Assembly: GCF_001194135.2 (NCBI RefSeq)
Contig: NC_068981.1
Coordinates: forward strand, 190,725,555 to 190,789,554
DNA length: 64,000 nucleotides
Direction of reading: 5' to 3'
Source of the DNA: Octopus bimaculoides
Lineage: Eukaryota
Each line of letters starts with the position of its first letter. Within the stretch, counting starts at the first letter, position 1. The notes under the pieces were generated by a model. The model made no database searches. It saw nothing but the letters and a program-made list of their open reading frames with translations, and was not told the origin of the DNA. This document shows positions 50,158 to 63,149 of this stretch, piece after piece. The position numbers and the translations under genes were made by a program.

Positions 50158-50245
50158 AATTGAAAGGAAAAACTTGTTGGCTAAAACACTGGCAACTATT
50201 CAAAGTAACAAGGCTGCTAGAGACCTAAGGGAACTGTTAGCATAA
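50158..50245 (+). CDS. Candidate terminal coding exon (x-IERKNLLAKTLATIQSNKAARDLRELLA*), death-fold-like helices by inference
   Basis: T-rich tract ending TTTTCTGATAG, phase-2 entry, 28 helical-looking codons then TAA, non-repetitive downstream DNA with AATAAA at 50437 and 50608. Confidence 0.4.
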
Positions 50246-50436
50246 CTTTTTATTTCAAGAGATAATATAGTTTCATTTGAAGTTGTGTCTGTTATTGACT
50301 GATGTTATTGTAGCGTTATTCATTTATTCTCTCTGTCGAACAGTTATTTGCAAAGGGATTCTTTAGTCTGTTGATAATTGTTTCAAAACAATCTATAAAA
50401 TACTGTCAAAAACTTTTCGCTTTGAATCTATTATGT

Positions 50437-50442
50437 AATAAA
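50437..50442 (+). terminator. Candidate polyadenylation signal for the 50158 exon
   Basis: AATAAA followed by T/GT-rich sequence; the hexamer is common in AT-rich DNA. Confidence 0.2.
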
Positions 50443-50834
50443 ATTTATTGTTAGTTTGTCAGCTTTCTATGAAATAAGTACTTTTAATGAATCTAAAACA
50501 ACCGTTTCATCAATGAAATTTCTGGAAATTCTAAAGAAATATTTATTTAATCAACCTATTAAATTCTTTTGTTGTTCAACAATAATTCATTTACACAATG
50601 CTTTCTTAATAAAGTATAACTTGATTAATGCTTCACTAAAGATGATAACTTCTTAAATTTCAATATTTAGCAGATGCTGGTTGGTTAAAGGTGTATTACA
50701 TTAATTTAGATCTCCCTCTCTCACCCTCACTCTCTCACTCCTTTTCTTTTTCCTTTCTCTTTCTGCCTTAATCTCTCTCCTTCCCTTTCTCCCCTCCTCT
50801 CTCTTTTTCCCTCTCTCTCGTAGTGTTTCTTTGC

Positions 50835-51175
50835 TCTCAAGGGTGTTATGAAGATTTCTTCATCACTGTTGTTGATGTTTCTGTTTTTTATGACAGTAGC
50901 TTCCAGTATCTGAGATAAAATCATTGGTCACTAGATTGGCGCTGAAGCTACAGAGATGATCCTTGTCCCAGAACTTATTAAAGAGCTCTTTAATTTCCCC
51001 TGATTCTTTCTCTCCTCAGCATGTAATATGGAGTATGATCCTCAGCATCAATTCCTTCATGTTATTATAGTCTTCAATTCCCTTTTCCCAGTTGTTAGTC
51101 ATGATCTTGGTGGTTTCATGAAAGAGTTCCTTCGGTACAGCACTCTTCTGCATGTTCAGGGTTCTACATCTGTTT
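50835..51175 (-). mobile_element. Probable Penelope-like ORF relic
   Basis: Broken frame MQKSAVPKELFHETTKIMTNNWEKG..KELMLRIILH..IKELFNKFWDKD resembles PLE ORF segments as I recall them; no catalytic motif is visible. Confidence 0.4.
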
Positions 51176-51464
51176 CATGATATTATATTTTTCTACAAAA
51201 GTAAAGACATATTGCCACTTTGCCAACACTGCCTTTGATCTGACATCCTTTATACCCTCACTGTCAATGGCTTCAGTGGTGGTGCTGATGATAGTGCTGT
51301 TGATGAAGATGGGGGTGGAAGTAGTGGTGTTTGCTGATGGTTATGTTGGTGGTGGCGGTCGTGTTGGGGATGATGATGATTGTTAAAGAATGATAATCAA
51401 CCAAAATAGTGAGATATATTGTAATTAACCTTTTTTGTTATCATATCTCGACTGAAACACATTT

Positions 51465-52028
51465 ATTTCTTTTACTTGTTTCAGTCATTTGACTGTGGCC
51501 ATTCTGGGGCACCACTTTGAAGAAGTTGTAGACAAATGAATTTGACTCTGGTACTTCTTTTTTTTAAAGACTGGTACATATTCTATCAGTCACTTTTGCC
51601 AAACTGCTAAGTTACAGAGATGTAAACACACCAACAGGGATGTAAACACACCGGTTGTCATGTGATGGCGGTGGTGGTGGTGGCAAACACAGATGCTAAG
51701 ACTCACACACACACACACACACATAGATATACATATATATCATCATCATCATTGTTGTTTAACATCTGCTTTCCATGCTGGCATGGGCTGGACAGTTTGA
51801 CTGAGAACTGGCAGGCCAGGAGGCTGCACCAGGATCTAATCTGATTTGGCAAGGTTTCTACAGTTGGATGCCCTTCCTCATGCCAACCACTCCCGGAGTG
51901 TTGAGGGTGCGTTTTACATGCCACCAGCATAGGTGCCAATCAGGTGGCACTGGCATATATATATATATATATATATATATGTAAGCCATGCCTGCATGGA
52001 ACACGGATATTAAATAATGATGATGATG

Positions 52029-52068
<40 letters not shown>

Positions 52069-52235
52069 ACACACACACACATGCACACAACAAGCTTCTT
52101 TCAGTTTCAGTCTACGAAACCCACTCATAAGTGGGTTTGGTAGACTGAAACTGGTTTTGCTCAAGTTGCCATGATGTATGTCTGAACCCAGAACCTCATG
52201 GTTAGGAAGCAGACTTCTTACCACACACCCACATT
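51465..52235 (-). mobile_element. Family B SINE split by family A insertions in its microsatellite core
   Basis: B 3' half 51465-51720, A(-) 51740-51955, short A(+) tail 51985-52030, B 5' half 52085-52235. Confidence 0.8.
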
Positions 52236-52899
52236 TGTGCATTTGTTTGAGCTAATGTAAAAAATGATGAAGGATTTAGTAAAATAGTTTTGTTATTATT
52301 TAGTGTTCGAGGCATAAATTAACGTGAAATTTTGATGTAAGGTTTGAATTTAGATTAACTCAGATCACATTAAAACAACCAGTTTGTATCACAGAGCCAG
52401 GGGCAGTCTCAGGCAGGTTGGTATCAAAATGGTTAATACTTGTTCTTCCTACATAACATAAATTTGAGTTTATATTGGACTTGATAGGAAAATAATGAAC
52501 ATGGAAATCATGTATATTAAAATATGCTAAAATATTCTAATATGTGAAAGCTTGGCCAAATTTCAGGGAAAAATTAATCAAACAGATTAAAAATTGGATA
52601 CATTTCTGAACACATAGATGAGATTTATTTGATATATTTAGTTTTCTTTTTCTTTCTTGCAGTCATATTATGCTGTATAAAAACTATAACCAATTCTAGA
52701 GAAACGACATTTTTATCGATATTTATTGTGACTTTATGATCACTGATCCATAATTCATGTAAATCTGAACTTAGATGTTTTCTGCTCAATGTTGAAGAAT
52801 TTTTTTTTTTTTTTAAACGCTGCTATATTAGTATTCAACTTTGGCTTTTGATATTGACCGTAGATTGCATATGCTTCATGTGTTATTTATTCTAGATAC

Positions 52900-52993
52900 A
52901 CATGTTCTCTTGCTCTGACGTATACATACATAGACACATACATGTACTTATATACACACACCCCTGCATACATATACATGTGTGAGTGTGTGC

Positions 52994-53028
<35 letters not shown>

Positions 53029-53267
53029 TAAATATACATGTGTGTGTATGTGCATATATAAATATATCTATATATATATATATATATATTATATATGTGT
53101 ATGTATATATACCCATGTATGTATATATACGCATGTATGTATATATATATATATATATATATACATATATATACATGTGTGGGTGTGTGTATGTGCATAT
53201 ATAAATATATCTATATATATTATATATATGTGTATGTATATATGTATGTATATATATGCATGTATGG

Positions 53268-53335
<68 letters not shown>
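52900..53335. repeat. Complex (TA)/(CA)/(GT) array with higher-order duplication
   Basis: GTGTGTGTATGTGCATATATAAATATATCTATATAT occurs twice about 140 bp apart. Confidence 0.95.
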
Positions 53336-53336
<1 letters not shown>

Positions 53337-54783
53337 AAAGAAATAGAAAAAACACACCAAAAACCTGTAGGCTATAAACCTCTACCTCTGATAAACCTGA
53401 TAACTGCCAGTAATTATACCTCCAGACTTTTTATCAGTCATTTTGCATTTGGATTTAATGTTCATTTTATTTTTTTTTATGTTTGTTTGTTTTTTTTGCT
53501 TGTAAGTTCCTTTATCTCACTTGTGATCACATTATCTGCCAGCTGTACTATGACATCACCAGCATCAAATAGGACTTTGGTGGATGGGTTTTGAGTAGAG
53601 AAAGGAAGAGAGAGAGAGAGAGAGGGGGTGAATGGGGCAGACAGATATTTGAAGTACGTAGCATATATATCTTTAGTTGGGATACACTAATACAAAGCTG
53701 ATGTGTTCCTCTTTTCCTTTTTTTTTTCTTTATCTAAGGAACTGCTTACTCTTAATGGTGTGTGAGTGCATTTGTTCTGTTGTTTTCCGACCATTTTTCC
53801 TTACTTGTATTGGTTGAATAAATGTTATTTGAAGCATCCTTTTACAGTCAGATTGCCCTTCCTGATTCTAACCTTGGCCTGGTTTTCTAGTAAAGGACCT
53901 CTTATTCTACATGGCTTTAAAAATATTATGTGACCAGATGATTTGTTGACATGAGAACTGACAACAACAACAGCAACAACAATACTACCTCCCATAACTT
54001 ACATGTAAGTAGGCACAGATGCAAAAGGACACACACACACAAACACACACACACTCTCTCCCAAAACCTTGCACAAAGGTTTGATCAGCTTGGGACTATA
54101 ACAAATGATGCCTCAGGTGCTATACAGTGGGACGGAACCCACAATCATGTGTCCAAGAAGTGAACTTCTCAGGCACACAACCTGAAGGTGGGATTCAGAA
54201 AAGAAATCACAATATTTTGATCAGAGTTTGAAAGAGAAAGAAAATAAATGCATGCCATTATTATTCTCTTTTACTTTTCCAAGTTACTCGCCTGTGAGCA
54301 TGCTGGGGCATAACCTGCAACAGTGTGTGTATATCATCATCATTGTTTTCTGCCTGACTTGAGTTAGATGAGTCATGTTGCTTTCCTACATGGGTCAGAG
54401 CACCACATGTCACTGTTAAGTTTCATTTTAGGAATCTACACCTTGATGCCCTTCTTTATACCAAATACTTTACTGTGTATAATTCATTGCATGTTTACAT
54501 GGCACCAGTACTAGGGAGGTTGTCATATATTCAACAAGACTAAAGATGCCTCTCAACCCCACACTCAACAGTGTGTACTGGGTACATTTTATCAATCCAC
54601 TGCTATGATAAAACGCAACTTGTGCACTCAGTTTAAAGTGGGTTAAGGAATGGCTATAGTCTTGTCAAAGACATTACCTCTTTAGTATCAGTATCACCAA
54701 ATACATTGATGATATATTTCAATGTAAAGTCTATGGAGAGTGTCCAGCAGACATAATGTAAGTCTAGAACAAGAATAAATATA

Positions 54784-56042
54784 TGAGGGTGTTCAGAAAG
54801 TAATTGCATTTTTCACCACCATGAAATATAAATCAACCAATCATATCTGAGTCAAAGTCAAATGGGTGGAGACTGTCTAGTAATATTATATCATCTCTTC
54901 TATCTGGCAGTGTGTCATTCATAGTTATTTCAGTTAATTAACCCCATGGAGGGTAAGAACTTTATGAAACAACATATTCGCCATTGCTTACTGTATGAGT
55001 TTTGAAGGAAAAATATCGCTACAGAAGCAATGAAAAACATTTGTAAGATGTATCTGGAAACAGGGAGAGCTCATACATGTCAGCTGTGGTTTAAAAAGCT
55101 TAAAGATGGTAGTTGTGCCATATCTGACAAGCCTCATTCTGAATGACGACCTTTTGAATGAGACTTTTGTATCAGATCCACTTCAAAACACCAGAGATTT
55201 GGTGCAAAATCTAACATGTCAGGTTCAACTATCCCTGAACATCTCAAGCAAATTGGGAAAACATGCAAAGAGGGAATTTGGGTTCCACATGTGCTTACGC
55301 TTGAGAACTGAATGCAATATTCCACCATCTGCAGCAGTCATCTAGCCAGGAATAACAATCTGTCATTTCTGTAGCACATTGTTACAGGTAATGAAAAGTG
55401 GGTTTTGCAACAACTGAAAAAGAAAAAGGCAATGATTATCATGTAATGAGAGGCCAGTGCTAACACCAAAACCAGAACTTCATCCACAAAAATCCTTGCT
55501 CTGTGTTTGGTAGAACATGAAAGGTATCATCCATTATGAACTACTGGAACATGGAAGGACCATTAATGCAGATGTCTATTGCCAACCACTTGATCATGTA
55601 AATGAAAGATTATGTCCAAAAATGAAAGATTATTTCAAAAGATTATGTCATTATTCTCCAGCATGAAAATGCGTGGCTACATTCTTCAAAAGAAACCCAA
55701 GAAAAAATAAGATCGTTAGGATGAAAAGCTCTTCCACATCCTCTATACTCACCTGACTCAGCACCTATGGATTTCCATCTGTTCTAATCACTAAAACATT
55801 TTATAAGAGGCAAAACATTCAGAAACAGAGAGGAAATTGAAAACAGTTTTTTAGATATTTTTCAGAAAAAAAAAAAAAAAAATCTCTTTCTATGTCACAT
55901 AAAAAAGTTACTTTCCCATTGGACTGCAGTCATTGAAAATGATGGTGATTATATTCCTGATTAAAACTATTCAGATAAAAGTAGTTTATATTCACTTTTA
56001 TATCCTTTCTGGTAAAATGCAATTACTTTCTGAATATCCTAA
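54784..56042 (+). mobile_element. Full-length dead mariner (DD34D type)
   Basis: 29-bp TIRs TGAGGGTGTTCAGAAAGTAATTGCATTTT / AAAATGCAATTACTTTCTGAATATCCTAA; motifs EGIWVPH, IVTGNEKW, QHENAWLH and HPLYSPDSAPMDFHLF. Confidence 0.92.
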
Positions 56043-57289
56043 GATATATATATAAAGTACATATATAAAATAAATATTATTTATGAGATGAACTGAAAAT
56101 AAATCACATTTATATATCAAAATATAGACAATGTTTTAACTCTTGATATAATGTGTATCTGTAAGATAGATGCATGTGAAATAACATGTATTCATGTCAA
56201 CAGCCAGAGTGACCAGAGAGATATTTGCTTCGAGTTGATTCATTTTTATGGGTAGGATGGCTGATATAAAATAGAACATAGGGCATGGTAAATGAAGTTG
56301 AAATGTCTTCAACATACAGCAAAATCTCTCTGTGGTAGAAATTCTATACACCAAAGCACCTGGCAATTTCAGAAATAAACAATAAATTACAGCATTGGAG
56401 TCATATCTATAAGTATTCATGAAATACATCAATGCTGTATATCCATGCAAAGTCTGTATTGATTTCTCAATAGGCCTAGTGTAAATCTAGAGCAATCATA
56501 TATATATATATATACACATATGTACATCTAGAGCAATCATACACACACACGCACACACACATACATAGAGAGGCAAGCTAAAACAGAATCCAAGGAGACT
56601 GGTGGTGCCCTGCTTTGATGAGATTTGTATTATTTTGGAAAAAAGTGACAAAAATGGAATGGGAAAATACCATGGGGCATGCTGTGTCTGTTTTGGACAG
56701 TTCTTCAGAGTTAATATGGCAGGGGGGATGAAAAGGAAGGACTGGAAAGTGTCACATCCTCTGTATTTAAGCAACTGGCTGCAACTGATGGGGAACACAA
56801 GACAATGTGAGCTTGCATAGAGGAAGTAGTAGGAGGAAGAAATTGAGTGAGAGAAGGAGAAGGAAAGAGAGATGAGGGTGAGGTGGAAAGGTAAATTTAA
56901 GAGAAGCTAAAGTGTGTGTGTATATATCAATTTCAGTGTATACTGAGGTAAGAAATTTTACCTGATGATAATGAATCATATGTTATGATGTAATCTATGA
57001 ATTCATTGATAAAATTTTACTGAAATAGCTGTCGTAAATTTTAAATGTGTTTATTTGATGTATGCACGTGTGTGTATGTGCATGTGAGAGAGTTTATTTC
57101 TGTCTTGACAAAAGATATATAAAAGGTAAAATATAAACAAGACTTTACTATAAATTTGACTCCATCTTTAGCACTGAGACCCCCTCCTCTCATCAGCAAA
57201 TGTTCTGTTGCTATTCTCAAACTCACTTCAAAGCAATAACCTCAGATTAACAACTAATGTTGTCATGGTAAAATGAAAAATAAGTCAAA

Positions 57290-57920
57290 TCATCATCATC
57301 ATCAGCATCATCATCAACATCGTTTAACGTCTGCTTTCCATGTTGGGATGGGTTGGACAGTTTGACTGGGGACTGGCAAGCTAGGAGGCTGCATCAGGCT
57401 CTAATCTGATCTGGTAGTGTTTCCACAGCTGGATTCCCTTCCTAATGCCAACTACTCTGAGAGTGTAGTGGGTGCTTTTTATGTGCCACTGTCATGGGAG
57501 CCAGTCAGACAGCACTGGCATCAGCCATGTTTGGATGGTGCTTTTTACGTGCTACCAGCATAAGAGCCAGTCGGAGCGAGAGGGCTGGCACCGACCACAT
57601 TCGGATGGTGCTTTTTACGTTCCACCAGCATGAGAGCCAGTCAGGCAGCACTGGCATCGGCCACAACTTCACTTTCCATTTGATTGTGATTTGATTTGAT
57701 TTTGGTTTTACTTGACTCAATAGGTTTCCTCAAGCACAGCGTGTCACCCAATGATTCAAGGTACTTTTTTAAATGGACTGGTTATGCGACACTGGTATAG
57801 GCTATGGCTGTAATCTCACTTTACTTGCCAGATCTTTTCAATCACAATATATCTCCAGAGGTCTTGGTCTTTCGTCATTGCTTCTGTGAGGCCCAACGTT
57901 CAAAGGTCATGCTTCAAATT
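57290..57920 (-). mobile_element. Family A retroposon, longest copy in the window
   Basis: (CAT)n tail, three subrepeats, GATTTGATTTGA spacer and an upstream segment. Confidence 0.85.
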
Positions 57921-58544
57921 CAATATAGTTTTGGCACCAGCACCATTGACATAATTATGCTTTTGTAACCTGGATGCTTGTAAATAAATACGCATGTATT
58001 CACATCAACAGCAGGTGTCAACAAACAGATATTTGCATAGATTCATTTATACAACTCTGGCTGATGTAAACAAAAATATTTTCTCAAAGTAAGGTGTTTA
58101 AATATGATTTGATGAATCCTGCTGATGATATGAATATCCACGTGCTTTTGTATATGCATCCATATTACAAAAACATGATTTTGCCAAGGTTTCAAAAATG
58201 AATATTATTTCTCATATGTGTATGTATACTTTGGTTTATTGTCAGTTCATCTTGCTTACAATGTGCATGTATATGTATGTGTGGATCATCATTTAACATC
58301 CATTTTTCATGCTGGCATGTGTTAGATGGTTTAACAAGAGCTGGAAAGCCAGGGAGATGCACCAGACTCCATGGTGTGTATGTGTGTGCACTCACACGTG
58401 TGTATGTGTACGTGTCTCTGTGTGTGCATGTGCAATGATTTTCTGAAATGAGATGAAAATGCTAAATAAATAATTATCTAAAATTCTGACTACCTCCTTT
58501 CTTTTAATGTATAAAATCTGTACGCCACTTCAAACAATCTATAT

Positions 58545-58585
<41 letters not shown>

Positions 58586-58859
58586 AACATACATATATAT
58601 ATATAAATATGTATATTAGGGTCTTAAACTATACCAAATCTGAAATGAAATTACTTTAAGACTGTTCGTAGGTTTTTAGCCCTAATTCAATGATTAATCT
58701 GATTGTGAAGATTTGTCCAATAGTTGACCAATTTTTCCCTGATTACATTTTGATTTCTTCGTGTTACCTTTGTGAATTCACTCTACATCTCTTCTTTTCC
58801 TCACATTTGTTCCTTCATGCACTATGCCTACCTCTCACTCAGAAAGTGAGATGTGAGCT

Positions 58860-59130
58860 ACTATGAAGAGGATAGACCATTGATTGGCTATGACACTAAG
58901 GGCCATGGAAAGATCCATGCTAGGAATATCATTACGAGAACACATTTGAAATGAGGTAATTCATGAATGGAGTGGAGTGAACAATGTGATCGCAGAATAC
59001 CAAAAGCACGTTGCAAGGTTCACAGACAATAGGTGGACCCATGCAGTTGCTGAGTGCTGTCCAAGAGATCATAAAAGCCACTTGGAAGGCTTCCATGGCT
59101 GGAAGATGATTTAGTTAAACAATTTGGGTC
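58860..59130 (+). mobile_element. RTE-clade LINE 3' relic
   Basis: LRAMERSMLGISLREHI*NEVI..HVARFTDNRWT..CPRD matches the RTE RT C-terminus. Confidence 0.8.
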
Positions 59131-59795
59131 AAGATGGAAAAGAATGGTGCAATCAAGACAGAATTGAAAGCGCATTGTGACCAGCAGGGTATAAAAGTGT
59201 CTGATGATCTGGTCAATACTGTGATATTTATTTTATGATAAAAATATAAATGAGATTTCGCTAGCTTTTTGAATTTAATGATATTGGTTGTGGAATATTT
59301 TGTTGGCCTTAGATGGTCTGTACTCTTCAATCAATGACACAGCTCTTCTCAGTAATTGCTTCAGACTCCTGTGGGATTCAACATTTTATTTTAGTCCTGA
59401 TGAGAAGGCATTCTTCTGTTGCTTGTTAATGAGAGGTGACAAAATTGTTAAATGTTGTGTTTGGCAAGTTCATTTCTCTTTCTGCTTGCAATGCCTCTGA
59501 CTTTTGACCTTTATGATGTATTGTTGACAAATTTCTTCATTGTTAAATTTAGATCAGTCATATGGGGAAAATATTTGATATCTTCTGTTTGTTAGTACTA
59601 AGTTCAGCTGAATTTTGTTAGCTGGTATATATGATCAGAACTAACTTTCTAAAGAATTGTATACTTTGCAGATTAGCATGCTGCCTTTTCCAACTTATTT
59701 ATGAATATTTAGTTTAGTCAAATTGGTTTTGACTCTGATGCAATAGATTTGGGTCCATAGAATGGAAATCTTGTGTATTTCTATATATATGTATA

Positions 59796-60125
59796 TCAGG
59801 GACGTGCTGCCTAGGTAGGCAAGGTAGGCAGTGCCTACCTTGAATAAAATAGATTGATAGTAACATTTTCCTTTTATGGCAAAATATTCACCTAATTCAA
59901 TAAAATTATGAAGGTTACTCTGATTGCTATGCATAAAAAGCAAAATTTGTTGATTTTGTAGATTAGGTAGGCATAATTCACTCCTGCTTTTCAATCTCAG
60001 TATTTAAGCTACACATAGTACTGCTGTAGTACACGTGCTGCATACACTCCTACAACACCTTTTTTCTTTACGTGCTATAAAGGCAGAAGTAAATTTGCCT
60101 TCAACTCAGTTGTGCACCTATGTTT
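59796..60125. mobile_element. Possible hAT-like MITE fragment
   Basis: GC-rich start CAGGGACGTGCTGCCTAGGTAGGCAAGGTAGGCAGTGCCTACC; right TIR not clear. Confidence 0.35.
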
Positions 60126-60454
60126 TGCTTATTTTTTGTGTGTTTTTCTACATAAAGGTCACCAACTGAGGAATTACCCTGAGTAATTACTGATGGCACA
60201 TACCTGATGTATATATATATCTCATTATATTGAACGTCCACTTTCCCATGATTGCCATAATTTGATGGAATTTGTTGAGGCAGATTTTCTAAAGCCAGAT
60301 GCTCTTCTTGTCACCAGGCCTAACTTGTTACCAAGCAAAGTAATATTTCCCATGGTCAGATATATTTTTCATGAAGACTGGAAATAAACAACATTGCTTA
60401 TATGATGAGGATGATCATTTACAGCTGTCTGGACAGGGATACACATGTGTGTAT

Positions 60455-60630
60455 GTGTGATGGGCTTCTTTCAGTTTTCATCTAGCAAATCCACTCATAA
60501 GACTTTGGTTGGCTTCAGGCTATAGTAGAAGACACTTGCTTGAGTTATTACTGTGCAGTGGGACTGAACCCAACACAACATGGTTGGGAAGCAAGCTTCT
60601 TAATCATATAGCCACACCTGCACCTGTATG

Positions 60631-60663
<33 letters not shown>

Positions 60664-60835
60664 CTATGTATATATAGATGTATACAGGCACAGGAATGTA
60701 TACATCTATATGCAGGTATGGCTGTGTGGTAAGAAGTTTGCTTCCCAGCCACATGTTCTTGGGTTCAGTCCCATTGCATGGCACCTAAGGCAGGTGTCTT
60801 CTACTATAGCCTAGCTCCAGCCAAAGCCTTTGTCA
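60455..60835. mobile_element. Head-to-head pair of family B 5' halves
   Basis: B(-) 60455-60630 and B(+) 60712-60835. Confidence 0.8.
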
Positions 60836-61562
60836 TCATCATCCTTTAACATCCATTTCCTATGCTGGCATGGGTTGGATGGTTTGACAGCAGCTGGCTG
60901 CTGAAGAGCTGCCCATGCTCTTTGACTGTTTTGGCATGGTTTCTATAGCTGGATGCCTTTTCTAACACCAACCCCTTTCCAAAGTGTACTGGGTGCTCCT
61001 ACATAGCACTAGCATGGGTGTGCTTACATGGCACCAGTACAGGTAATTTTAATGTGACCCCAGCACCCACAAGCCTGTGAGATTAGGAACGCACAGCTGC
61101 AGAGCAATGCAGGGATTATGCCTGTACGCAAGGACAACCGCGATTTTACTTAGCTTGACATGTTTTCTCGTGCACAGCAAACTGTCAAGAGTCTTGGTCC
61201 CCTGTTATCCTCTCTGTAAGGACCAATACCTGGAGATCCTTTCTCACCACTTCATCCCATGTTGTGAATGGATTTGGTAGATGGAAACTGAAAGAAGCCT
61301 GTGTGGTGTACTTGTGTCTTCATGTTTTGACATTGTGTGGTAGTTGTAAATGTACGTCACTGTCATACAAGAAGTGTCATGCATTTCCAATATTCTGCAA
61401 ACAATATGTCTGACCATGGGGAAACAGGTGAGGGTTGGTGAGAGGAAGGGCATCCAGCTGTAGGAAATTTGCCTCAAATAGACTCCATCCAATGCAGGCA
61501 AGCATGAAAAAGTGAATGTTAAATGATGATTTGATCTATATATGACGGGCTTCCATAGTTTC

Positions 61563-61783
61563 TTATTTCTTTACTGCCCACAAGGGGCTAAACATAGAGG
61601 GGACAAACAAGGACAGACAAAGGGATTAAGTCGATTACATCGACCCCAGTGTGTTAATCAACCCCGAAAGGATAAAAGGCAAAGTCGACCTCAGCGGAAT
61701 TTGAACTCAGAACGTAACAACAGACAAAATACCGCTAAGGATTTCGCCCGGCGTGCTAACGTTTCTGCCAGCTCGCCACCCTT
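61563..61783 (-). mobile_element. Young family C SINE inserted into a family B copy
   Basis: CpG-rich, near-consensus copy that interrupts GGGCTTC..AGTTTC.GTCTACCAAAT. Confidence 0.9.
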
Positions 61784-62399
61784 TAGTTTCATAATTTCTG
61801 TCTACCAAATTACAAGTCATTGATTGGCTCAGAGCTAAGGTAAAAGACACGTGCCCAAGGTGCTGTGCAGTGGGACTGAACATGAAATCACATGGTTGCA
61901 AAGCAAGCTTCTTAACCACACAGCCATATTTATTCCGAATATTATTTTCTAGTTTCCAGTAAGAACCAGTTGTAGTCTTCAAATGGATCAGTAAGCAGTG
62001 TTTGTTGAGTTAGCATTAACACATCAATAGAAACTATAAAAATTGTGCTGAATCAATAAGTTTGTGTTATGGCTAGTAAAACAAAAGAAATATTGTATTA
62101 TTTATTTTATACAATTTTTTTTATTATTATTATTATTTTGTTTGACAATAATATCTTTTAAAAATTTTTTTCTAAATTAATTCATTTCTCTTTATAAGTT
62201 ACAATGAGGTTTAAATCAATAATATCCATTATCCGAAACCTGTTAAATGTCTGCTTGATTAGTATATATTACGTTCATTTTTGGAAACAACGTTACTCAC
62301 TGCGATGGATATGATCTATTAATCTGTATCAGATTTCTGAATGTACTTAAATAGGAATTCAATGTTTATAGATTACAACACATGTCAAGATGACCTTTA

Positions 62400-62720
62400 C
62401 ACATCATCATCATTGGATGTCTGCTTTCCATGCTGGCATGGGTTGGATAGTTTGACAGGAACCGAAGAGGCAGAGGACTGTGCCAATCTCTGCTGTCTGC
62501 TTTGGCATAGTTTGTATGGTTGAATGCCCTTTCTGACACCAACCACTTTATAGACTGTACTGGGTGCTTTTTACTTAGCACCAATGAAGTCACTAAGTAA
62601 GATGTAAGACAAGACCCCTCAACTGGAAGGGAAGTAGTATTGAGAGAGACAGCTTTGTGCCTGGTGATGAGAGGTTAAAGTATGATAGAGGGACAGAAAC
62701 GGGTGTCTTGCTGGGGAGGA
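62400..62720 (-). mobile_element. Family A-related diverged copy
   Basis: (CAT)n tail and reverse-complement A-type 3' end. Confidence 0.7.
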
Positions 62721-63149
62721 GAAACATCTTCACTGTTTAATAAATTTGTACATCTGCAAAGTTACAAGTAGTATTATATTGGTATAGTAAACTTGATTCC
62801 CAATTGAACTCATTCTTAGTTACAGTTTTTAATGCATTCTGATGCATGAATAAATGAATGAATGAAAACATAATGCTACAACTACTTGTAGGTGTAAGAT
62901 CTGGATACCAGAATAGATAAGGAATAGTAAATTACTACTTCAGAAATGAACACAACATTCATGACATTCAGAAACATTTTTTTTCATTCTTGGTATTGTT
63001 GAAACAGGGGATAAACAACTCCAGCGCTACACCCTTAAAAATTGCTATGCTTCCTGAAATTCACCAACATTACTCCTCATGTACCTATGCACCATTTATG
63101 ACACTTTTAATGTTCACTTTTCTAAGTTTTTGTGTAATTTTTCACAATT

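Noticed and set aside
52887-53594. Many overlapping YI/CV/HT-rich ORFs (also 19604-20073, 26046-26435, 30013-30388)
   Set aside because: These are translations of dinucleotide microsatellites.
53805-53886. Minus-strand candidate exon with GTAAGG donor
   Set aside because: All three frames contain stops on careful recount.
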